Shown here one piece after another: positions 34,008 through 40,954 of a stretch of 40,954 nt of DNA. Both the position numbers and the translations under genes were made by a program. Position 1 is the stretch's first letter, and every line of letters begins with the position of its first letter. Source of the stretch: a virus; IMG/VR virus record IMGVR_UViG_3300026484_000005, positions 1 through 40,954 of that record. The stretch is one strand, 5' to 3'. The notes beneath the pieces are model-generated. The model searched no databases. It was not told the origin of the DNA and worked only from the letters and a program-made list of their open reading frames with translations.

Positions 34008-34232
34008 TGTCTAGCTAAATTTCATCTTAAGTAAAACTATTAACCAAAATATTTAAGCTTTATAAAGCAAAAGAAACAAAGTTAACTATAATATTTCACC
34101 TAAATCTCAACTATATTTCAGGTATCTCTAAGCAAAGATCTACTATCCTCTAATACATTATATAATAGCAACCCAAATACCTTAGACAATTCACATACTA
34201 ATTAAACTACATTTAAGGTATATTATAATACA

Positions 34233-34241
34233 ATTATAACA
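34233..34241 (-). promoter_or_regulatory. TGTTATAAT on the minus strand (possible leftward promoter far upstream of the late operon)
   Basis: Reverse complement of ATTATAACA at 34233-34241. It overlaps a plus-strand TATAAT at 34224-34229, so the functional orientation is ambiguous. Confidence 0.3.
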
Positions 34242-34313
34242 TCACAAAGGATGATAAGCAAAAGTTGATGGACAACATCCCACACTTAACTAAAGGTTCA
34301 GTTAAGACTTTTA

Positions 34314-34322
34314 TGATATAAT
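34314..34322 (+). promoter_or_regulatory. Extended -10 promoter TGATATAAT for the 34356 gene
   Basis: Lies 33 nt upstream of ATG 34356, with AGGAG at 34345-34349. Confidence 0.5.
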
Positions 34323-34355
34323 TACATCATAAATAATTAAACAAAGGAGTCAGAG

Positions 34356-34892
34356 ATGGCACAAGAGATTAAGAAAACAATGGTAGAAGCATTGGAGTTT
34401 GTTAAAACACATGGTAGAATGAAAGAGGACAAGTTAGAAGAGTTCATCACTAAATTCTGTATTAAAAAAGATGGTGCAACAGCAACTACTCCAAGAGAAG
34501 TAACTATCCTAAAAGATGTTGATGGTAACCAATTAGGTCGTAAATGTTCTGTAACTGGTTTATGGTTCCCAAATGAAGCATTTAGCAAAGGTACATCTTG
34601 CATTAAACTAGCGGATAGTGCTAAAGGTAAAATCTATGCAGAAAGCAAGAAGATGGAAAAGGATGCTCAATCTTTACTAGATGAGGCCCGTGACCTTACA
34701 GATATTCAAGAGAAAGTTGCTAAATTTACTGAGTATGATGAGAAACTACTTGCAGCTAAAGAGTATCGTTTACAACCTGTTCCAGTTACTGATGAAATGA
34801 AGCAAGGTGGTTTTGAGTCTATTGAGGCACTAGCAAAACACCTTAAAGTTAAAGTAAATCCAGTTAAACCTACTGGACCAGAAGCTGAGTAG
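34356..34892 (+). CDS. Monocistronic, probably abundant early protein of unknown function (178 aa)
   Basis: Own promoter, strong RBS and own terminator. Uses the CGT Arg codon as the capsid gene does, whereas AGA/AGG dominate elsewhere. Confidence 0.7.
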   Translation: MAQEIKKTMVEALEFVKTHGRMKEDKLEEFITKFCIKKDGATATTPREVTILKDVDGNQLGRKCSVTGLWFPNEAFSKGTSCIKLADSAKGKIYAESKKMEKDAQSLLDEARDLTDIQEKVAKFTEYDEKLLAAKEYRLQPVPVTDEMKQGGFESIEALAKHLKVKVNPVKPTGPEAE

Positions 34893-34893
34893 T

Positions 34894-34932
34894 AACCTGC
34901 ATAACTAGCTACATGCTGGTTATGCTTTTTTT
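34894..34932 (+). terminator. Rho-independent terminator
   Basis: AACCTGCAT...ATGCTGGTT stem (9 bp with one mismatch) followed, after 4 nt, by T7 at 34926-34932. Starts 2 nt after the stop codon. Confidence 0.55.
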
Positions 34933-34952
34933 ATGTCTGCAAAATATAATGG

Positions 34953-34961
34953 TGTTATAAT
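34953..34961 (+). promoter_or_regulatory. Extended -10 promoter TGTTATAAT
   Basis: Exact TGnTATAAT directly after the terminator and upstream of the 35092 gene. Confidence 0.45.
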
Positions 34962-35091
34962 AAACCTTAAGACACTATTAATGACATATAGTTGAGGTAT
35001 ATGAGGTTTTAAAATGAATATACATAAATGTTCATTCAGTGAATATTTATGGGTATTTACCCAGACAAAATTAATATAATGAGGTATTAAC

Positions 35092-35394
35092 ATGTATAAT
35101 AATATTGATGTAAACAAAATGGTACAACAGCAAATTAAGGAAAATGAAAGAATTGCTAAAACTATGGAAACTAGGGTTGTTGAGGACTCAGTAGCATACT
35201 TTGATAGGAAGGAAGTTGAGGCAGTATCAAAAACTAACATAGTTTTAACTAATGGTCACCTTTACCTAACTAGGTATATTAATAGCAAGGTAGCTAAGGT
35301 TGAGTTTGCTATAGATGTTAAGGTTGTGGACATCATGGGTTACTTTGATGTAACAGATGAGGTATTTGCTAGTGTGAGTGTTAATAGATGCTAG
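35092..35394 (+). CDS. Hypothetical early protein (100 aa)
   Basis: GAGG RBS 6 nt upstream of the ATG. No motif recognised. Confidence 0.55.
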   Translation: MYNNIDVNKMVQQQIKENERIAKTMETRVVEDSVAYFDRKEVEAVSKTNIVLTNGHLYLTRYINSKVAKVEFAIDVKVVDIMGYFDVTDEVFASVSVNRC

Positions 35395-35480
35395 TGGTCC
35401 TCATAATTATTAACCTATTAACTATATGGTTTTTATACAATGGTAAAGTGAGGTATGCTAGTGTGTTGCATGAGCTACTC

Positions 35481-35587
35481 TTTGCTATTGAGGCACTGGT
35501 TGGAATTGCTATTGGTTTATGAAGTAGACTAGGGATAGGTAGGAAGTTTGCTATTGAGGTAGAAGGTTTAGCTATTGGGTTATGAGG
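35481..35587. repeat. Iteron-like cluster: 4 copies of GCTATTG(A/G)G arranged as a degenerate ~65-bp duplication
   Basis: TTTGCTATTGAGG occurs at 35481 and 35548. GCTATTGGTTTATGAAG at 35508 pairs with GCTATTGGGTTATGAGG at 35571. Confidence 0.7.
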
Positions 35588-35617
35588 TGTTTACTTCCAT
35601 ACTTTATACCCTTTACT

Positions 35618-35715
35618 CTTATTATTACTTTTATATATTATTATATAATAAATAAATATATATATAAATAATAATAAAATGTATTATGAAAATTTGAAAT
35701 ATTTATTGTGTAATA
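35618..35715. other. Extreme AT tract (candidate DNA unwinding element)
   Basis: 35629-35680 is 52 nt with no G or C. The flanking sequence is also almost pure A/T. Confidence 0.6.
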
Positions 35716-35828
35716 AATGTGTGGTCAAATGTCATATATATAGAATTCTTTTATTTTAATATATTAAACAATGAAACCCCCATTTTAGGTGGTTTCAAAG
35801 GGGTAATTATAAGATTTTGTTATGTAAA

Positions 35829-35845
35829 AACCATTGATAATGGTT
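35829..35845. promoter_or_regulatory. Perfect 7-3-7 inverted repeat AACCATT-GAT-AATGGTT (operator-like)
   Basis: Seen directly in the non-coding region upstream of the primase gene. Confidence 0.35.
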
Positions 35846-36103
35846 ATCAAAAAATATTATCCTGAAACCTTAACCTATTCTTACTTTGAAACTGAAGTTG
35901 AACTTAAAGTAAATTTAAAATAATCTTAAATTCACCTTCCTCAAAGAATTGTTATATCATAACTTAGTTAAACCTTAAACCAAAAATTTAAGAAAAATTT
36001 AAACTTTCAAAAACCTCATATTAACCTTGGAGACAATATAATGTCAATGTGCAACACATAAACAACTAGCTAACACCAAATAAACCTAGAATAAGGAGAA
36101 ACA

Positions 36104-38626
36104 ATGGTACTTAAATATGCAACATTACCAAAAAGACTAGTAAGAGCTAATCAAATCTATAGTAATGACCAACTAAAACTTAATGGATTGAAACCAACAG
36201 ACAAACTCTTAGAAGATGGTTCACAGGACAAGAAAACAGAACAAAGATGGGTAAACAACACTAAGAAGCTACTCACCACAAGCACATTCAAGGAACTCAT
36301 AGCTATTGAAGATAAAACAGTAGCAATAGTCCATGGATTATGTGACCCACCTTTACTAACTATAGACATTGACTGTAAGCATAAGAGTGATGTAATAATG
36401 CCCATAGTTAATGCTTTACCAGAACACCAAAAACCCTTAGTTATTAGTAAAAGTGTAGGGAAGGAAGGCTATCACCTATTATACCATTACACTGACTCTA
36501 TGCTAACTGATTATGTATTAGCAATTCACAAAGGTGGGATAGGTGATGAGTTAGATGTACTCTTTTCCAGCACAAGAGTGCTTTTCATAGGTAACAAAGG
36601 AAACTTAACTAAAGAACATATTTACTTAGCTGAAACAGACGACCCAGACTATAAAGAGGACACTATAAGGCCAGTACCACAAATACTCCAGTTAGCTGTA
36701 ATGGCACTATTTAAAGACACAAGGCCTGCACACCTTAGTGTAGCACAGGAGAGTGGAACACTACTACCTGAGCATACTGCACAGAAAAGCAACCTGGGGT
36801 ATATGTTTAAGGAGTTTATACTTATGACTCCAGAACAGCAAGAGGTAGTTATAGCTTCATTCATAGCTAAACGGGCTAAGGCAGACCTAAAAAGCAACTT
36901 TAGGCAGGCACCACAGGAGGAGGGTTATCCCTACCACCCTAAGTATTACAATGCAACACCAAACGACTTGTTGCTAAGACTTAGTGGCAGCTTAAAAAAT
37001 GACTCAGGAGTGGATATAGCTACTCACAAGTATGTGATAGAGACTATAAACTCTCTATTACCTCATAGTAAAAATAGTGTAGACTTAAAAAATGAAATAT
37101 TGGACCCAGACACAAAGAGTCCTTATAATTATAATGAAAGGTGGGAGGATATGACATCATCAGTGCAAACAGTACATGGACAGATTATAGATATATATAG
37201 GATAACTAGGTCTACATCACCTAACCCACACATGTTGCACAATGTGGAGACGGGAGAGGTTAGGTTGTTTAAAACTGTCTCAGATATGATAGAGGAGTTA
37301 GCTGGAGAGGTAACACTAACAGCTAAGAAACTAAGACTAATACAAAGTAAAGCTAGGTTAGTGGACCTACTAGAAAGACCAGATAAGGACTTTGGACTAA
37401 TAAGTCCAGAGAAAGATAGTGTGTCTAGGAGGGATAGCTTCAATGTCTATAGGAGGACAACAGTTCAGGAAATGTTCTACTCACCTGAGGAGACGGCACA
37501 ACAACTAGGTCATAGGTATAAGCCACCACTAACTATACTCCGTGCTATAGAAAGTCAGATGGGTTATGATAAAACACATGAGCTATTCCTGCCTTTCATA
37601 AGAAGGAAATTGATGACTCATGAGCCGTCGCCACTGATATTTGCACTAATGGGTCCACCACATAGTTTTAAGACAGGGTTGGTAGAAGGACTATTGAAGC
37701 CTCTATTCTCCTCACAAAGATATCTCAAAACTAGTGGAGATATACTTACGGAGAAGTATAATGACTTCTTAGTTAACTTGGATATACTACTAGTTGATGA
37801 GATACACCACCTTGTAGGTACAGCACTACTTAAACCAGTAGTTCAAACACTAAACAAGTTTGGAGCAGAATACCATGAGGGTATTAGACATATGTATGCT
37901 TCAGTAACAAAGGGTAAGGATGTTCACCAGGAGGTTACACCTTTTATAACTATGAATAAGGTAGTGGTACCTGCAACTGAGACAGTAGGAGAGAGGAGAC
38001 TTGTAGTTGGTTATGCAGAAACACCTCTAAGAATTGCACTAGGCATGGAAGACCCAGACATCAAAGCAGCTATAAAAAGAGAGTTATTGGACTTTGCATA
38101 CTACTTAGCTAAAGAGGTTAGTAACATTTCACCTAAGGACTATGGACATAATGAGAGATGGAAGGAAGTGGACAATCACTACTACCAGTTTATGGAAGAT
38201 GGTATAAGTGTACTTAAAAGACTAAGCATGGCAGTAGGTATGACAACAGATAGACTTAACTATAACCAGCTTAGAAAGTTTCTTAAGAACAACACACTTA
38301 GTGATTGTGTGGTTAAGCTTGGGAAAGCTAGTCATGGTACTCCATACAGAATTAGGGTATGGAATGCTAAAGGAGGTTTCACACCTGAGATACCTGGTGT
38401 ACTTGATGAGATTGAGAACATAGACCCAAGTGATGTAGTTAAAGCACTAAGTCATAATGAGAAGGTGCTTAAGCCTTGTATAGTTGGTAATGGCATAAAC
38501 CAGATGAAGCAAGACATAATAGTTACTAAAGATGAGTTGTTGGCTGAAGGCCTTCTAGATGAGAATGGACTTCCATGGAGGGACCACAAAAAGTTAGAAA
38601 AACTACCACAGGAGGCAAACAAATGA
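36104..38626 (+). CDS. Bifunctional primase-polymerase (AEP) / SF3 helicase
   Basis: AEP motifs 'LLTIDIDCKH' (DxD), 'EGYHLLYHY' (sxH), 'ELDVLFSSTRVLFIGN'. C-terminal P-loop 'LMGPPHSFKTG' and Walker B 'ILLVDEIH'. Confidence 0.8.
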   Translation: MVLKYATLPKRLVRANQIYSNDQLKLNGLKPTDKLLEDGSQDKKTEQRWVNNTKKLLTTSTFKELIAIEDKTVAIVHGLCDPPLLTIDIDCKHKSDVIMPIVNALPEHQKPLVISKSVGKEGYHLLYHYTDSMLTDYVLAIHKGGIGDELDVLFSSTRVLFIGNKGNLTKEHIYLAETDDPDYKEDTIRPVPQILQLAVMALFKDTRPAHLSVAQESGTLLPEHTAQKSNLGYMFKEFILMTPEQQEVVIASFIAKRAKADLKSNFRQAPQEEGYPYHPKYYNATPNDLLLRLSGSLKNDSGVDIATHKYVIETINSLLPHSKNSVDLKNEILDPDTKSPYNYNERWEDMTSSVQTVHGQIIDIYRITRSTSPNPHMLHNVETGEVRLFKTVSDMIEELAGEVTLTAKKLRLIQSKARLVDLLERPDKDFGLISPEKDSVSRRDSFNVYRRTTVQEMFYSPEETAQQLGHRYKPPLTILRAIESQMGYDKTHELFLPFIRRKLMTHEPSPLIFALMGPPHSFKTGLVEGLLKPLFSSQRYLKTSGDILTEKYNDFLVNLDILLVDEIHHLVGTALLKPVVQTLNKFGAEYHEGIRHMYASVTKGKDVHQEVTPFITMNKVVVPATETVGERRLVVGYAETPLRIALGMEDPDIKAAIKRELLDFAYYLAKEVSNISPKDYGHNERWKEVDNHYYQFMEDGISVLKRLSMAVGMTTDRLNYNQLRKFLKNNTLSDCVVKLGKASHGTPYRIRVWNAKGGFTPEIPGVLDEIENIDPSDVVKALSHNEKVLKPCIVGNGINQMKQDIIVTKDELLAEGLLDENGLPWRDHKKLEKLPQEANK

Positions 38627-38835
38627 GATTACTACTTAAAGTAAGAACAAAAAGGTTCTTGAAATATGCACTAGTGAAAGACAACAAACCAATAGGTACT
38701 CACACTTATAATAGAAAAACTAGGGGTCACTCCCTAGTTGTAGCAGAAACATTCGAGGGTGATTTAGAGAAGCTATTTAACACAAGCAGAGACCTAGTTA
38801 ATGAAAGGATAGACAATGACACAGGAAAAGTTTAG
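38623..38835 (+). CDS. Hypothetical basic protein (70 aa)
   Basis: ATG 38623 overlaps the primase TGA, with GGAGG 8 nt upstream. Trimmed from the track start at 38575. Confidence 0.5.
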   Translation: MRLLLKVRTKRFLKYALVKDNKPIGTHTYNRKTRGHSLVVAETFEGDLEKLFNTSRDLVNERIDNDTGKV

Positions 38836-39037
38836 AAGCTTAACACTTAGTAAAGAGTGGACTGTTACAGTAAATGCAGTTGAGTTTAAAAGGTTGCTTG
38901 AGCAGAGGGATACCATGAAGGTTTCCATAGAAGAACACTTGAAGGAAGTAAAGAGGCTCAGAGAGCAAATTAGGGCACTGCTAGACAGAAATGCTAGTAA
39001 AGCCAATATAGTAGTTGAGCTTGATGTAAGGGTTTAG
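38816..39037 (+). CDS. Hypothetical coiled-coil protein (73 aa)
   Basis: ORF with heptad-like composition and an operon-style overlap. Confidence 0.5.
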   Translation: MTQEKFRSLTLSKEWTVTVNAVEFKRLLEQRDTMKVSIEEHLKEVKRLREQIRALLDRNASKANIVVELDVRV

Positions 39038-39039
39038 TC

Positions 39040-40215
39040 ATGACTATATATTATACAACTGGTTATGCTGGTACAGGTAAAAGCACTAAACTGCTTGAAC
39101 TTCTGCCAACATTACCTCAACAGACAACAGTAGTTATAGGTCCTACCCATAAAGCATTAGCTAGATTAGCTAAAGAGTATGATGGAGAGATAGAACTTAA
39201 AACAATCCACTCACTAATGGGCTTAATACCTAGAATTAATGAGGAGGCTAAACATATTGGTAACATAAGTACTATATTTAACCTTGATAAACCTATAGAG
39301 GGTTATACAGATATAGTTATTGATGAGGCTGGTATGATAAATGAGGAGCATTTCTTAGAGTTAGTAGCTAAACTTGAGGTAGTAGAGGAAGAAAATGACA
39401 TAGAAATAACCATGCACCTATTCCTTGACCCCTACCAACTTTTACCCGTTAAAGGTAGACAGTTAATGACTGATAAAGCTACAACTACAAACCTGACTAC
39501 TCAGTATAGGAGTGAGTCTCCAGATATAGTTAACTTATATACTCAGTTTGTAGACTATTTAAGAGGTGTAAATACAGATAATTTAAGTACACCCTACTCT
39601 AAAAATGTAAAGCCTTTAGATATTAAGCATTTTAGAAAAGGAGATAAACTACTAGCTTATACAAATGAGGCAGTAGGAAAGTGGAACAAGAAAATTGCTA
39701 AACACCTAGGTATAACTAGCTATGTTGGACAGGAAGTACAGTTAGGTAACCAGGGTACAGTAATCATGGAGGGTTTTGTAGACCTAAACTACCAGGAGTT
39801 ACTAAGGCTTTATGAGAGTGATACCTTAGTGTTGCAAAACAAGCAGATAAACAAGAAGTTTCTGGAGCAAGCCTTAAGAGCATTACTTCATAAGGATATA
39901 AAGTTTATATTAGCTGAGGGTAGGGTTATTCCAGTCATAGTAGGTATTGGAGAAGCAGCAAAAATAAACAAGAAAGCAGGAGAAGCTGCTATAAAAAATA
40001 GATCTAAGTTTAGTCATGTCTATGCACTAGGCAGGGCATTTGTAATGGACTACAATTTTGCTTCTACTGTACATAAGTCTCAAGGTAGTGAGTATTCTAC
40101 AGTATTTGTAGACAAGGAGGATATTCAGAAAAGTATCTTTAAAGGCAACTACAAGACTTATGCTAGGCTAATGTATGTTGCAATTTCAAGGTGTAAAAAT
40201 ACCTTGTATATATAA
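39040..40215 (+). CDS. SF1B DNA helicase (Dda / RecD / Pif1-like)
   Basis: Walker A 'GYAGTGKST', Walker B 'IVIDEAGMI', motif V/VI 'STVHKSQGSEYSTVFV' and 'MYVAISRCKNTLYI'. Confidence 0.85.
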   Translation: MTIYYTTGYAGTGKSTKLLELLPTLPQQTTVVIGPTHKALARLAKEYDGEIELKTIHSLMGLIPRINEEAKHIGNISTIFNLDKPIEGYTDIVIDEAGMINEEHFLELVAKLEVVEEENDIEITMHLFLDPYQLLPVKGRQLMTDKATTTNLTTQYRSESPDIVNLYTQFVDYLRGVNTDNLSTPYSKNVKPLDIKHFRKGDKLLAYTNEAVGKWNKKIAKHLGITSYVGQEVQLGNQGTVIMEGFVDLNYQELLRLYESDTLVLQNKQINKKFLEQALRALLHKDIKFILAEGRVIPVIVGIGEAAKINKKAGEAAIKNRSKFSHVYALGRAFVMDYNFASTVHKSQGSEYSTVFVDKEDIQKSIFKGNYKTYARLMYVAISRCKNTLYI

Positions 40216-40347
40216 CACTCTTGTGGGTACAAGGCATTATTATTTCATACCTATATCCATTATATGGGTTTGATATAAAATGCCTTATATCACACATTGG
40301 TTTAAGAAAATTTTAAGTTTCATTTAAGGTGTTTTTAATTATAATGA

Positions 40348-40366
40348 TGTTATAATTGTGTTATAA
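40348..40366 (+). promoter_or_regulatory. Tandem extended -10 elements TGTTATAAT / TGTTATAAC
   Basis: TGTTATAAT at 40348-40356 and TGTTATAAC at 40358-40366, upstream of a structured leader and ATG 40486. Confidence 0.4.
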
Positions 40367-40372
40367 CAAAGG

Positions 40373-40471
40373 ATGGTACTAGAGAGTAAAAGGTTCTCTA
40401 GTGCTATTTGGAGCACACCTGATGGGCAGGTAACCCACAGATTTTGCTATGGAGGTACCATAGCTAGCTAT
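40373..40471 (+). other. Structured leader: closing helix, three hairpins and a 12-bp palindrome
   Basis: ATGGTAC (40373-40379) pairs with GTACCAT (40455-40461). Internal hairpins at 40380-40400, 40401-40416 and 40417-40431. ATAGCTAGCTAT at 40460-40471. Confidence 0.4.
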
Positions 40472-40485
40472 ACAAGGGATATTTT

Positions 40486-40954
40486 ATGGCAATGTTTGAA
40501 GAGAAAAAAGTTGACAGTAGTGAGTACACACAACACAAGTTGGAAGAGTTAACACCTAGCAAAGGTGATAGTATTGGTTTTTACTTAGTAGAAACACCTA
40601 TGATTGATGGTGATGATGGTGAGTTCATGGTATGTAATGGGCTTCTTGTAAACTTAAATGCTTCATCAATGGATGAACTTGTGGATACTGCAGAAGCAGT
40701 TAGTTTTATTCCTAAGTCAATCCTTCAAGGTGAGATTGAAGATGAAAACTGGAATATTGGACAGCTTGCTCGTCTTGAGAACACAAACAGACCTGGTGAC
40801 TTAAACAAAAAAGGTAAGAAAACAAGATATTATGCTTGGGATATTTATGTTCAAGCAGCTCCAAATGATGTACTTAAGAAATTAAAAGCAAAAGATGCTG
40901 AGTTACAAGGCAAAGCTCCTCAGAGCATGGAAAGTTCAACTGCTACAGAACCTA
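40486..40954 (+). CDS. Hypothetical protein (162 aa after collapsing the overlap); continues at 1-147
   Basis: ATG 40486 with AAGGGA 6 nt upstream. Open to the window end and in frame with bases 1-147. No motif recognised. Confidence 0.7.
   Translation, partial: MAMFEEKKVDSSEYTQHKLEELTPSKGDSIGFYLVETPMIDGDDGEFMVCNGLLVNLNASSMDELVDTAEAVSFIPKSILQGEIEDENWNIGQLARLENTNRPGDLNKKGKKTRYYAWDIYVQAAPNDVLKKLKAKDAELQGKAPQSMESSTATEP
40828..40954. repeat. Terminal overlap, copy 2 (identical to 1-127)
   Basis: Base-by-base identity with the window start. Confidence 0.95.

Noticed and set aside
33939-34034. A 31-aa ORF (MAPSKYFKGFHLYAPSPPPRFGGCLAKFHLK) beginning 7 nt after the TGATATAAT box.
   Set aside because: It is possibly a leaderless mini-gene, but it is too short and has no supporting features. 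It is kept only as an alternative explanation for the C7/G6 element.
35014-35079. A 21-aa ORF (MNIHKCSFSEYLWVFTQTKLI) with a GAGG RBS between the promoter at 34953 and the 35092 gene.
   Set aside because: It is too short to support from sequence alone. It could be a leader peptide but there is no evidence.
34337-35240. Minus-strand ORFs 34337-34603 and 34920-35240. Also the minus-strand ORFs inside the primase gene (36157-36405, 36649-36897, 37129-37443) and at 38794-39006.
   Set aside because: They run antisense to better-supported plus-strand genes, or span a terminator/promoter region. There are no RBS or motifs.
35481-35587. The repeat cluster as a CRISPR array or a coding region.
   Set aside because: The repeats are short (9-17 nt) and degenerate with irregular spacing, and there are no cas genes. 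Only a 25-codon ORF crosses the region.
36104-38626. The possibility that the 840-aa ORF is a T7-like single-subunit RNA polymerase, which would make this a T7-like phage.
   Set aside because: The sequence shows AEP primase motifs and an SF3 P-loop/Walker B, not RNAP palm motifs. Promoters look host sigma70-like (TGnTATAAT).
40231-40286. A long-range 8-bp stem (AAGGCATT ... AATGCCTT) after the Dda-like helicase as a terminator.
   Set aside because: The 40-nt loop and the lack of a following T-tract make a classical intrinsic terminator unlikely. It is noted only as possible structure.
40373-40461. A tRNA-like cloverleaf or a preQ1 riboswitch in the leader before ATG 40486.
   Set aside because: The arm geometry is wrong for a tRNA: the first stem has 6-7 bp, the middle loop is 6 or 8 nt rather than 7, the third loop is 5 nt, and there is no TPsiC-like sequence. 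A local resemblance ('AGGTTCTCTAG') to the preQ1-I aptamer lacks the closing CCUCU stem and the A-rich tail, so no riboswitch class could be supported.
40373-40552. A 59-aa ORF (MVLESKRFSS...) overlapping the leader and the start of the 40486 gene.
   Set aside because: The AAAGG lies directly against the ATG with no spacing. The ORF overlaps the better-supported gene in another frame. The equivalent CAAAGGATG block at 34246 opens only a 5-codon ORF.

Overview
The window is a complete, circularly closed genome of an AT-rich lytic tailed phage. Bases 1-127 are identical to 40828-40954, so the unique length is 40,827 bp. I found no integrase, repressor, phage RNA polymerase, tRNA or CRISPR array.

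Layout: the plus strand carries two early/middle arms. One runs 34356-40215: an abundant early protein, a putative origin, a PrimPol-SF3 primase/helicase and a Dda/RecD-like helicase. The other runs from 40486 across the junction to 14793: family A DNA polymerase, FEN, DEDDh exonuclease, ligase, ThyX-like protein, NrdB, VRR-NUC nuclease and an SF2 helicase. The minus strand (33815 down to 14828) is one long late operon: terminase, scaffold, N4-gp56-type capsid protein, lysis cassette, beta-helix tailspike, repeat-containing tail protein, internal virion proteins and portal. No tube, sheath or tape-measure genes are visible, so a short tail is inferred.

Most notable content:
- A full GTP-to-preQ1 pathway (folE, queD, queE, queC, queF) surrounds a minimal TGT-fold (DpdA-like) gene, which predicts 7-deazaguanine DNA hypermodification.
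- That pathway is interleaved with a Gpt-like phosphoribosyltransferase and two NTP pyrophosphohydrolases.
- A two-domain DUF2829 (Tad2-family) protein.
- An R-S-E type ADP-ribosyltransferase-like gene at the very end of the virion operon.
- An nrdB with no nrdA partner.
- A candidate iteron plus AT-rich origin.
- Recurrent TGnTATAAT extended -10 promoters.

All functional calls come from motif recognition by eye. No searches were run.
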